Source of the DNA: Methanothermococcus sp. Ax23
GTDB taxonomy: Archaea > AGJL01 > Methanococci > Methanococcales > Methanococcaceae
Reading direction: 5' to 3'
NCBI RefSeq assembly: GCF_049075655.1
Contig: NZ_CP157522.1
Location: forward strand, 1,598,949-1,662,948
Length of the DNA: 64,000 nt
The position numbers and the translations under genes are program-made. Numbering within the stretch: the first letter of the stretch is position 1; every line of letters starts with the position of its first letter. This document shows, in pieces, positions 55,205 through 64,000 of this stretch. The notes under the pieces are model-generated. The model made no database searches. It was not told the DNA's origin and saw only the letters and a program-made list of their open reading frames with translations.

Positions 55205-55559
55205 GATTAACAGATATTAATACATCCCTATAAACAGTATTTGAATTATTTACGGCGATATTTAAAAGAGCCGGACTGTCCAAGAATACTATGTTGGTTT
55301 TAAAGATGGGAATACGATATATTTAACATGCTTTTTAAATTGACCGTAATAAAAATATTTATAATATTTCGTTAAATGAACATATATATAGTTTTTGAAT
55401 TATGGTTGTTCCCAATCAAAAACAGTATTTTAAAATTATTTTTTGATGTATTTTGATGCAATAATAAATATAATGACAAATATACTATAAAAATAACTAT
55501 TAAATATAATAATATTTTTAAATGTTTATTAAATTAATATAATTACATCTTATGGTGAT

Positions 55560-56228
55560 ATGATGGTAAAATTAATGCTTGCTCTTGATGTAATGGACAA
55601 AAAAGAAGCTTTGAAGATAGCTGATGAAACTTCGGATTATGTTGATGCAATCAAAATAGGATATCCCTTAGTTTTAGCTGTTGGATTGGATATTGTTAAA
55701 GAAATAAAGGATAAAACAAAAAAAGAAGTTATATGTGATTTTAAAGTGGCAGATATTCCATCAACAAATGAAAAAATTGCAAATTTAACATTAAAATATG
55801 CGGATGGGATTATTTGTCATGGATTTGTGGGAAGGGATAGTGTAAAAGCCATACAAAAGATAGCAAAACAGTATGAACTGGAAACAGGTAACAAAAAAAA
55901 GGTAATAATGGTTACCGAAATGTCCCATCCTGGTGCAGTGGAATTTATGCAACCTATTGCAGATGAGCTCGCAGAAGTTGCCAAAGAGTTAAATGTAAGT
56001 GGTATTGTTGCCCCATCAACAAGACCTGAGAGGTTAAATGAAATAAAAAACATTGTTGGAGATATTCCCATAATTTCTCCCGGCATTGGTGCCCAAGGGG
56101 GAGATTTAGACAGTGTATTAAATATATTGGGGAAAAATGATTATGTTATTGTTGGGAGGGCCATATATGAAAATGAAAACCCAAAAGAAAGTGCCCATAA
56201 ATATAGTATATTATTAAATAAGAGCTAA
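55560..56228 (+). CDS. pyrF: Orotidine 5'-phosphate decarboxylase
   Basis: LALD, DFKVADIPST, SPGIGAQGG and VGRAI motifs. Confidence 0.96.
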   Translation: MMVKLMLALDVMDKKEALKIADETSDYVDAIKIGYPLVLAVGLDIVKEIKDKTKKEVICDFKVADIPSTNEKIANLTLKYADGIICHGFVGRDSVKAIQKIAKQYELETGNKKKVIMVTEMSHPGAVEFMQPIADELAEVAKELNVSGIVAPSTRPERLNEIKNIVGDIPIISPGIGAQGGDLDSVLNILGKNDYVIVGRAIYENENPKESAHKYSILLNKS

Positions 56229-56270
56229 TATATAATTAATAGAATATATTTTTATTTTTTATGGGATAAC

Positions 56271-56534
56271 ATGAAATTGGATAAGATAATGCATGTTGAT
56301 GACAAAGTGATAGCAAACTCCATGAAAAAAGTGTTTAAGGAAGAAATTGGTGAAATAGAACGGGAATTGAGGGAACTATATACCAAATACAATATCAAAA
56401 GTAGCAAAGAGGCGGAATTAATATCACCTCAGGATGAAGAAACCAAGAATGATTTGGAAAGAATTAAAGAACTTGAAGATGAATTGGAGAAGTTAAATTC
56501 TTATTTAAGGGAAGTTAATATGAAAACCATATAA
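56271..56534 (+). CDS. Hypothetical coiled-coil protein
   Basis: 87-aa ORF with RBS inside a co-directional gene run. Confidence 0.7.
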   Translation: MKLDKIMHVDDKVIANSMKKVFKEEIGEIERELRELYTKYNIKSSKEAELISPQDEETKNDLERIKELEDELEKLNSYLREVNMKTI

Positions 56535-56544
56535 AGGGGAGATT

Positions 56545-57285
56545 ATGAAAGTAGTAATTACAAGACCAACAGAACAGGGGATTAAATTTGCCAATCTATT
56601 AAAAAAAGAAGATGATGATTTTGAACCAATATTAATTCCAACCTTGGAATTGGTATTTAAAGATGTATGTGTAGATTTGGACAAATACGATTGGGTGGTA
56701 TTTACAAGTCCCAGGGGGGTCATGGGACTGTTTAAGAATTTGGATGAATCAGGGATTAAAAAAATAAATGATAAAAAAATAGGAGTAATTGGGATAGAAA
56801 CTGCAAAAGAATTTAAAAAGATATTTAAAAAAGATGTGAATGTAATCCCTAATGAATATACCGCAGACAATCTTTTAGAAGCTTTAAAAGAGCATGTAAA
56901 AGATGATGAAAAGGTTTTAATACCTACAACACCATCGGCAAGAGATATTTTACATAAAAATCTAAATGCAGATTTGGTGTTTGTCTATTCCTCAGAAGAG
57001 CCAAATAAGATAAAAAATAAACTCAGAGAATTGAAAAATACAATAATTAAAGAAGAAAATAATAATAAAAAAATAATATTGACTTTCACAAGTGGTTTGA
57101 CTGCAAAGAATTTTTTTAAAAATTCGGACACCGAGTTATTAAATCTATTAAAAAATCATTACATTGTTTCAATAGGTCCTATCACAAACCGCGTTATTGA
57201 GGACTATGGTTTTAATGGATATATCCCGAAAGAATATACAGTCAATGGCATGATTGAAGTTATTAAATCTTTAAAAAATAAATAA
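56545..57285 (+). CDS. hemD: Uroporphyrinogen-III synthase
   Basis: ITRP, FTSPRGV, FTSG and SIGPIT motifs. Confidence 0.9.
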   Translation: MKVVITRPTEQGIKFANLLKKEDDDFEPILIPTLELVFKDVCVDLDKYDWVVFTSPRGVMGLFKNLDESGIKKINDKKIGVIGIETAKEFKKIFKKDVNVIPNEYTADNLLEALKEHVKDDEKVLIPTTPSARDILHKNLNADLVFVYSSEEPNKIKNKLRELKNTIIKEENNNKKIILTFTSGLTAKNFFKNSDTELLNLLKNHYIVSIGPITNRVIEDYGFNGYIPKEYTVNGMIEVIKSLKNK

Positions 57286-57299
57286 ATATAGGTGGTTTT

Positions 57300-57797
57300 A
57301 TGAAGATAGGTATAATATCGGATACCCACGATTATCTGCCAAATATAAAAAAGGCGGTGGATATTTTTAATAATGAAAATGTTGATATAGTCGTTCATTG
57401 TGGTGATTTTGTTTCTCTCTTTGTTATAAAAGAATTTGAAAGATTAAATGCACGGGTTGTAGCAACGTATGGGAATAATGATGGTGAAAGAACAAAGTTA
57501 AAAGAATGGTTAAAAGAGTTAAATGAAGAAAATGAAATAGATGAGTATTTAAGTTTTGAAGCTGATTCACTAAAATTTTTTGTTCTGCATGGAACCAATA
57601 ACGAGCTCCTAGATGCCATAATCAAATCCAAAAATTATGATGTTGTGATATATGGGCATACTCATGAAAGGGTGTTTGAAGAAATTGATAATGTTTTGGT
57701 CATAAATCCAGGGGAGTGTTGCGGATACCTAAGTGGAATCGCCACAATCGGTATATTAGACACTGTATCAAAAAAATATGAAGAATTTGAACTATAA
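57300..57797 (+). CDS. Metallophosphoesterase (YfcE/Vps29-like)
   Basis: SDTHD, HCGD, GNND, GHTH and NPG motifs. Confidence 0.9.
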   Translation: MKIGIISDTHDYLPNIKKAVDIFNNENVDIVVHCGDFVSLFVIKEFERLNARVVATYGNNDGERTKLKEWLKELNEENEIDEYLSFEADSLKFFVLHGTNNELLDAIIKSKNYDVVIYGHTHERVFEEIDNVLVINPGECCGYLSGIATIGILDTVSKKYEEFEL

Positions 57798-57821
57798 TTT
57801 TAAAATTTATGAGGGGATGAT

Positions 57822-58529
57822 ATGGAATATATTATTAAAAAAGAAATAGATTTCAAAGAGCCAGTAGTAATCACGGGCTTTCCAAGTATTGGGCTTATTG
57901 GAAATATAGCAACCCATCAAATTGTCAAAGAACTCAATTTAGATTTTATAGGTTATTTCGATTCTCCGCATATTCCGCCCATCATGTCGGTGGAAAATGG
58001 AATTATATATCCTCCAATAAGAGTATATGGGAATGAAAATCTGGTGGTGGTATTTTCTGAGGTTTTGATTCCTCCAAATATTGTTTATAGTTTAACGGAT
58101 AAACTATTGGAATATGTTGCAAATATAAATCCAAAAATTATCGTTAATTTAGATGGCATCACTGCCTTAAATCCAAAAAATACATATGCTGTTTCCACAT
58201 CCGATGAGATATTAAAATCTATAAAGGAGCAAAATATACCAATTTTAGAATTTGGAATGGTTGGAGGAATGTCTGGAATCATATCTTTAAAAAGTGCCGA
58301 TAAAAACATCCCTTCGTTATGTCTAATGGCAGAAACCCCAGGTTTAAGACCTGACCCTATGGGGGCTTCCAATATTATTGGAGTGTTAAATAAGCTATAC
58401 AATCTAAATGTAAATACTGAGGAATTAATAAAAGAAGATGAAGAAATAAAAGAAAAACTTAGAAAACTTGCAGAGGAACACCTTAAACTCATGTCTAAAC
58501 AGAAAGTCGAAAATCCCATGTATTTATAA
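57822..58529 (+). CDS. PAC2-family proteasome assembly chaperone/activator
   Basis: GFPSIGLIG and PDPMGAS motifs; C-terminal MYL (HbYX). Confidence 0.85.
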   Translation: MEYIIKKEIDFKEPVVITGFPSIGLIGNIATHQIVKELNLDFIGYFDSPHIPPIMSVENGIIYPPIRVYGNENLVVVFSEVLIPPNIVYSLTDKLLEYVANINPKIIVNLDGITALNPKNTYAVSTSDEILKSIKEQNIPILEFGMVGGMSGIISLKSADKNIPSLCLMAETPGLRPDPMGASNIIGVLNKLYNLNVNTEELIKEDEEIKEKLRKLAEEHLKLMSKQKVENPMYL

Positions 58530-58571
58530 GAAATTAAATTAATATTTAATAATATTTAAAAAAGTGATATT

Positions 58572-58946
58572 ATGAAAATTACTGCCCTAACAGGAATATC
58601 TCCAACTAATATTTCCGGGTTGGTTAAGAACCATATAAAAACATTTAATTTAAAAAATTTCTCCAATGTTCTTGCTTTAACTTCGCTAAATGTCGGTGAT
58701 TTTGTATTTATAACTGATGTAGCAAAAGAGGATATTATTTCAGGCACAGAGGGGATTGTGGCACAGATTAAAAAATTAACAATATATTCCCAAAAAGAAA
58801 ATCCTGCATATTTTGAAGAAATCGACTCCATTGTTGCAAAAGTTCAGCTTGAAGTTGTTGGATATGGTGTTTGCGTTAATGCTGTGAATACAGATATATT
58901 AAATCCTTCAATAGTGATGGTGAAGATAAAATCCATATATGGATAA
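58572..58946 (+). CDS. DUF473-family protein
   Basis: ALTGIS start, GDFVFIT and GTEGIVA motifs. Confidence 0.7.
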   Translation: MKITALTGISPTNISGLVKNHIKTFNLKNFSNVLALTSLNVGDFVFITDVAKEDIISGTEGIVAQIKKLTIYSQKENPAYFEEIDSIVAKVQLEVVGYGVCVNAVNTDILNPSIVMVKIKSIYG

Positions 58947-59016
58947 GTAGCAATAAATAATATATAAAAAATAGAACCTATATAATGAAAATTAGAATAT
59001 AAATAATGGTGATATT

Positions 59017-59598
59017 ATGAAAATTATAGGAATATGTGGTTCCCCAAGAAACGGAAATACATCATTTTTAATAAAAGAAGCATTGAAATCTGCCGAAGAA
59101 GAAGGTGCAGAAACAGAATTCATATCACTATCCGATAAAGAATTGAATCCATGTATTGCCTGTGAAGTATGTAAGCAAGAAGGCGAATGTGTAATCATGG
59201 ATGATATAAACGAAATTTTAGAGAAGATGAAAGAAGCTGATGGTATTATAATTGGTTCACCCGTTTATTTTGGAGGAGTTAGTGCCCAAACAAAGATGTT
59301 GTTTGACAGGTCCAGACCTTGTAGAATTGGATTCAAATTAAAAAACAAAATTGGTGGGGCAATATCTGTTGGAGCTTCAAGAAATGGAGGTCAAGAAACT
59401 ACAATAAGGCAAATCCATGACTTCATGTTAATACACTCCATGATTGTTGTTGGAGATAAAGAACCAACTGCGCACTATGGTGGAACCGGTGTTGGTGGTG
59501 CTGTGGATGCCTGCGAAAATGACGAAGCTGGTATAAATACGGCGAGAAACTTAGGTAAAAAAGTCGCAGAAGTTGTTAAATTGATTAAAAAAGAATAA
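59017..59598 (+). CDS. Iron-sulfur flavoprotein (flavodoxin fold)
   Basis: [22 protein letters not shown] and RNGGQE motifs. Confidence 0.9.
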   Translation: MKIIGICGSPRNGNTSFLIKEALKSAEEEGAETEFISLSDKELNPCIACEVCKQEGECVIMDDINEILEKMKEADGIIIGSPVYFGGVSAQTKMLFDRSRPCRIGFKLKNKIGGAISVGASRNGGQETTIRQIHDFMLIHSMIVVGDKEPTAHYGGTGVGGAVDACENDEAGINTARNLGKKVAEVVKLIKKE

Positions 59599-59702
59599 AG
59601 TTAGGTAAGAACTTAATCATTTTATTTCTCTTTTTTATTATATTTACTTTAAAAATTATTTAATTTAAAAAATTTACTTGATTAAAAGAATAAATAAAAT
59701 AA

Positions 59703-60950
59703 TTAGGTTCCTTCTCTCCAATCACTTAAATACTTTCTTTGCTCAGGGGTGAGCTCATCTATTTCAACACCCATGGACTTTAATTTTAATGAAGCTATTC
59801 TCAAATCCTGTTCATAAGGAATTTCATATACTTTATTTTCGAGCTCTCCATGGCTTTCTTTTACGAATTTTGCACTAAGTGCCTGGTTTGCAAAGCTCAT
59901 ATCCATAACTTCACATGGATGACCGTCTCCACATGCCAGATTTACAAGTCTTCCTTCTCCAAGGAGATATAATTTTTTATTTCCTAAATCGTATTCTTCA
60001 ATATTCATTCTAACGGTTCTAACTGATTTTGAGAGGTTTATTAAATCATTTTTATTTATTTCATTGTCAAAATGACCTGCATTTGCAAGGACCGCTCCAT
60101 CCTTCATTACCAATAGGTGTTCAGCCCTTATTATATCTTTACATCCTGTTGTGGTTATGAATATATCCCCTATCCTTGCAGCATCATCCATTTTCATAAC
60201 CCTAAATCCATCCATCTTAGCTTCCAATGCTCTAATGGAATCTACCTCTGTAATTATAACATTTGCGCCCATTCCTGATGCCCTCATTGCTACTCCTCTA
60301 CCGCACCAACCATATCCTGCAACTACAACATTTTTTCCAGCAATTAAAAGATTTGTAGTTCTTATGATACCATCTATTGCGCTCTGTCCAGTTCCATATC
60401 TGTTGTCAAACAGGTGTTTTGTGTATGCATCATTTACATTAACCACAGGGAATTTTAGAGCTCCTTCCTCAGCCATTGCCTTTAATCTTATAACGCCTGT
60501 TGTAGTTTCTTCACATCCACCCATGATATTATCTAGGAGCTCTGTTCTTTGAGAGTGCAATAGGAATATCAAATCTGCACCGTCATCTATAATTATGTCA
60601 GGATTATGGTCTAAAACTTTGTTTAAATTTTCATAATATTCTTCGTTTGTTTCTCCTCTCCATGCATAAACATTCATGCCTTTTTTTGCACAGGCGGCGG
60701 CAACGTCATCCTGAGTGGATAATGGATTACATCCAGTAATGGCAATTTCTGCTCCACCGTTCATTAAGGTTTCCGCCAATACCGCAGTTTTAGCCTCCAG
60801 ATGAAGTGCCATACCAATAGTAAGACCTTCAAATGGTTTTTCCTTTATGAATTCTTCTCTTATTAATTTTAAAACAGGCATATGTTTTTTTGCCCATTCT
60901 ATTTTTAATTCTCCATTAGGAGCGAGATTTAAATCTTTAACTTTACTCAC
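59703..60950 (-). CDS. ahcY: S-adenosyl/inosyl-homocysteine hydrolase
   Basis: [27 protein letters not shown] and GRLVNL motifs. Confidence 0.96.
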   Translation of the reverse strand: MSKVKDLNLAPNGELKIEWAKKHMPVLKLIREEFIKEKPFEGLTIGMALHLEAKTAVLAETLMNGGAEIAITGCNPLSTQDDVAAACAKKGMNVYAWRGETNEEYYENLNKVLDHNPDIIIDDGADLIFLLHSQRTELLDNIMGGCEETTTGVIRLKAMAEEGALKFPVVNVNDAYTKHLFDNRYGTGQSAIDGIIRTTNLLIAGKNVVVAGYGWCGRGVAMRASGMGANVIITEVDSIRALEAKMDGFRVMKMDDAARIGDIFITTTGCKDIIRAEHLLVMKDGAVLANAGHFDNEINKNDLINLSKSVRTVRMNIEEYDLGNKKLYLLGEGRLVNLACGDGHPCEVMDMSFANQALSAKFVKESHGELENKVYEIPYEQDLRIASLKLKSMGVEIDELTPEQRKYLSDWREGT

Positions 60951-61109
60951 GATTTCACCAAGTATTTTTTTATTTTCGCTTGCATAGCAAGCAGGTAATA
61001 AAATGCAAAATATTTTGTCTAATTATTTAATAATTTTAATATACTCTTAATTAATCATTTATTTAATTTTATTTAAATTATACCTCAATATTATTTTTTT
61101 ATATTATTT

Positions 61110-62042
61110 TTATAATTTTTCATTTTTTTCATTGAATAAATCTCCAAAGTATTTTTCAATAATATACCACGCCCCTTGCGGTGGAATTATTCCTATTTCC
61201 GTGATAATCCCATCGATATACTGTGCTGGCGTGATATCAAAAGCAGGATTTCTTAATTTTATTTTATCTGCATATTCTTCTTCAAATACATGTATTTCAT
61301 CAGGATTCCTTTCTTCTATATCTATTAATTCTCCAACTATGGTTTTTGGATGAAACTTGTAAGTCTCCGCAGCTGTTAAAAATGGAACCCTTCTTTCATG
61401 TGCAATGAGTGCTATCTGGGATGTTCCTATCTTATTTACCAAACATCCATTTGAAGTAATGGCATCTGCCCCAACAACAACTAAATCCACTTCTTTTATA
61501 AAATATCTAACTGCACTATCTACTATCAATGTAGTATCTATCCCTTCATCAGCAAGGTCTTTTGCCGTTAAATATCCTTGATTCCTTGGGCGCGTTTCTG
61601 TGCAGATGACCTTTATATTTTTTCCATTCCTATGTGCTGTTTTTATAACATTTAATGCAACTTCTGAATTGCAATGGGTTAATATAGTATATCCATCCTT
61701 TATTCTATTTGAACCGATTTCCCCTATTTTTTTCGTTGCCTCTGACGAAGATTTGATAAATTCATCCGCTTTATTTATTACTGCTTCTTTTGGATTCTTC
61801 TCATTTAATCCATTTAAAACATACTTTACAGCATTTGGAAGAGATACCGCCGTTGGTCTTGCAGATTTTAAAATATTGCCTGCATCAATCATCTTATTTT
61901 TGAACTCATCATCATTTAAATCAGCAATGGATTTTGCGTAATTCTTTAAAGCTTTTGCCGCAGCTCTCCCTATTCTCCCGGCCCCTCTTATTTCCATGCT
62001 TTTTATTTTTTCATATGTTTCATAAATAACATCCATGCCCAT
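61110..62042 (-). CDS. Ribose-1,5-bisphosphate isomerase (eIF2B family)
   Basis: MEIRGAG, RPTAVSL, THCNS, ETRP and NKIGT motifs. Confidence 0.9.
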   Translation of the reverse strand: MGMDVIYETYEKIKSMEIRGAGRIGRAAAKALKNYAKSIADLNDDEFKNKMIDAGNILKSARPTAVSLPNAVKYVLNGLNEKNPKEAVINKADEFIKSSSEATKKIGEIGSNRIKDGYTILTHCNSEVALNVIKTAHRNGKNIKVICTETRPRNQGYLTAKDLADEGIDTTLIVDSAVRYFIKEVDLVVVGADAITSNGCLVNKIGTSQIALIAHERRVPFLTAAETYKFHPKTIVGELIDIEERNPDEIHVFEEEYADKIKLRNPAFDITPAQYIDGIITEIGIIPPQGAWYIIEKYFGDLFNEKNEKL

Positions 62043-62190
62043 AGTTTCATCTCAAAAAATTTAAAAAATTTAATTATATAAAAACTTAAATAGTTACGGC
62101 ATATATTTCATCGTCGTACTATTCATACGGACGGTCTTCTTATATTGATAAAAATAACTATTAGAAATAATTAATAAGAGCTCGACATTT

Positions 62191-62592
62191 TTATTGTGAG
62201 CTCAGTAGTTTTGATATTAATTTTACAATATCTTTTGAACTTAAAACCCCTATAATCTTGTCCTCCCTGAGCTCAGAAACAACATATAAATGATGTATAT
62301 TATTCTCAGCCATAACCGCAGCTGCTTTTTCAAGGGGTGCGGTGGGACTTATTGTAATTAACTTAGATACCATTATATCTTCTGCTTTTAATTCATCCAA
62401 GTTCTCATTATAATGCTTCAATACATCTATATCAGTTATAATTCCCCAATATACATTGTTATCATCAGAAACCACCACTGATGAGATATTATTTTTACCC
62501 ATTACTTTAATTACATCTGATATGCTATCTTTTAATGATACTTCATATATGCCCCTGGTCATTAAATCTCTAACAAAATATTTTGAAAGCAT
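62191..62592 (-). CDS. CBS-domain pair protein
   Basis: VRDLMT..GIITDID and AEDIM..GVLSSKD repeats; ATG after ggtga RBS. Confidence 0.88.
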   Translation of the reverse strand: MLSKYFVRDLMTRGIYEVSLKDSISDVIKVMGKNNISSVVVSDDNNVYWGIITDIDVLKHYNENLDELKAEDIMVSKLITISPTAPLEKAAAVMAENNIHHLYVVSELREDKIIGVLSSKDIVKLISKLLSSQ

Positions 62593-62752
62593 TGTTTCAC
62601 CAAACATGTTTTTACAGTATTTTATATACTTCGCATATTTTATATAATTTATTAAATAGATTAGTCAAAATCTAAATTTTGATTTATTATTACTTTATTT
62701 TATTTATCAATACATACTATAAATATTATTCAACACTAAGATTCGTGAAATT

Positions 62753-63109
62753 ATGAGACACAAAAAAAATATTAAAAAAATAAAAAACATTGCACTTGAA
62801 AGAATCGATATACTAATGAGTCTTGCAGAAGAAGAAGCTAAAAAAAACCGACTAGATAGGGTAAAACGATATGTGGAATTAAGTAGAAAAATTGCAATGA
62901 AAATGAGAATGCCCTTCCCAAAAAAATGGAAAAGAAGAATATGTAAAAAGTGTGGGGCATTTCTAATTTTTGGAAAAAATGCGAGAGTTAGAATAAAAAG
63001 CAACAAATGCCATCCTCATGTCATAATCACATGTTTAGATTGTGGTAATGCCATTAAAATTCCAATGATTAGGGAAAAGAAATTAAAAAGGAAAGTCACC
63101 AATAAATAA
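62753..63109 (+). CDS. rnp4: RNase P protein Rpp21 (component 4)
   Basis: IALERI, KRRICKKC and TCLDCG motifs. Confidence 0.93.
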   Translation: MRHKKNIKKIKNIALERIDILMSLAEEEAKKNRLDRVKRYVELSRKIAMKMRMPFPKKWKRRICKKCGAFLIFGKNARVRIKSNKCHPHVIITCLDCGNAIKIPMIREKKLKRKVTNK

Positions 63110-63334
63110 GGACAAATAGTATAGACAATATCCATATCTAATTGCACTTTGGAAGATTATATAAAATATAAAATAGTAAAAGTATAATATATTAAAAACA
63201 CGTTTATAAAATTAAGAAATAACATATATGACATATATTATCAAGAAATACGCCCCAATACGCATAATTATCTACACAAAAAATATTAATATATTAATTA
63301 GAAACATGTTAATAACCACATTTGGGGGCATGCT

Positions 63335-63973
63335 ATGGAACCTTCACACGATATAGAACAGGATAAGAAATTAGAATCCGAGATAGAGCAGGAGTGTTTA
63401 GAGTCCGATTTAGAGATGGAATTTAATAAAAAATCTGAAAATCTGAAAAAAATAATGGATAGATTACAGAATAGAATAAAACATGCTGTTATCAGTAATG
63501 ATGCTGATGACAATAATCCAGAGAAATCCAATATCGATGAACAAGTTAATTATTTAAAAGAAATCAATGAGAAATTGGATAAATTACCTAAAATAGTGTC
63601 TGATGCAGATAATTCAAAGATTGAAGATACATTAAATCAGATACTTGAAAAAATAAATGTCCTTATTGATAAAAACAACGAGTATTCTTCAAAATTGGAC
63701 AATATCATCCTTGAAATTGATAAAGTATTAACTAAAATAGAAGATATGTCTGAAAAAGCTTTAAAATTATATGAAAGTGGAAATATAACCATATTGGATA
63801 TTATAAATCTTATAAAAGAAATAAATTTGGGAATTAATGATATAAAAGACATTTTAAATAATTATAAAGATGAAAACATTGATAAAGCCATAGAAATAGC
63901 AGATAATTTAAATAATAAAATGGATACCTATATAGAAGAATTTGAAAAAATAAAAGCAAGTATAGGTAGCTAA
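63335..63973 (+). CDS. Hypothetical acidic coiled-coil protein
   Basis: 212-aa ORF with heptad pattern; no recognisable family. Confidence 0.7.
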   Translation: MEPSHDIEQDKKLESEIEQECLESDLEMEFNKKSENLKKIMDRLQNRIKHAVISNDADDNNPEKSNIDEQVNYLKEINEKLDKLPKIVSDADNSKIEDTLNQILEKINVLIDKNNEYSSKLDNIILEIDKVLTKIEDMSEKALKLYESGNITILDIINLIKEINLGINDIKDILNNYKDENIDKAIEIADNLNNKMDTYIEEFEKIKASIGS

Positions 63974-64000
63974 AAAACTATATATAGAGAAGGTGATTGC

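Overview
AT-rich (roughly 30% GC) archaeal chromosome segment from a Methanococcales methanogen, most likely Methanococcaceae (Methanothermococcus-like; inferred from gene content and protein style, not from a search). Most of it is housekeeping: ksgA, top6B, rpl15e, aIF2-beta, NMD3, split transketolase with rpe, corA, srp19, a glycolysis/glycogen cluster, rpl10e, dnaG, tgtA, cobQ, tRNA-Val(GAC), the full A1AO ATP synthase operon, pyrF, hemD, ahcY and others. The most notable observations are: (1) a ~60-70 bp double-hairpin element, present 4 times, each flanked by a long (about 40-65 bp) direct duplication of a gene end (ksgA start, atpD stop, tRNA-Val 3' end); (2) two ORF-less IS200/IS605-type mini-elements (145-425 and 6814-7132) whose four ends all obey the IS608 guide/cleavage rule, each with an internal promoter and omegaRNA-like region, and both carrying the same 37-bp double-hairpin insert; one of them interrupts an ATP-cone gene; (3) an ammonium transporter with no adjacent glnK, followed 10 bp later by an HtrII-like chemotaxis transducer that has no sensor domain; (4) an ankyrin-repeat gene behind two perfect NrpR operators; (5) strong enrichment of GAGCTC and near absence of GATC. 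All counts and alignments were done by eye.
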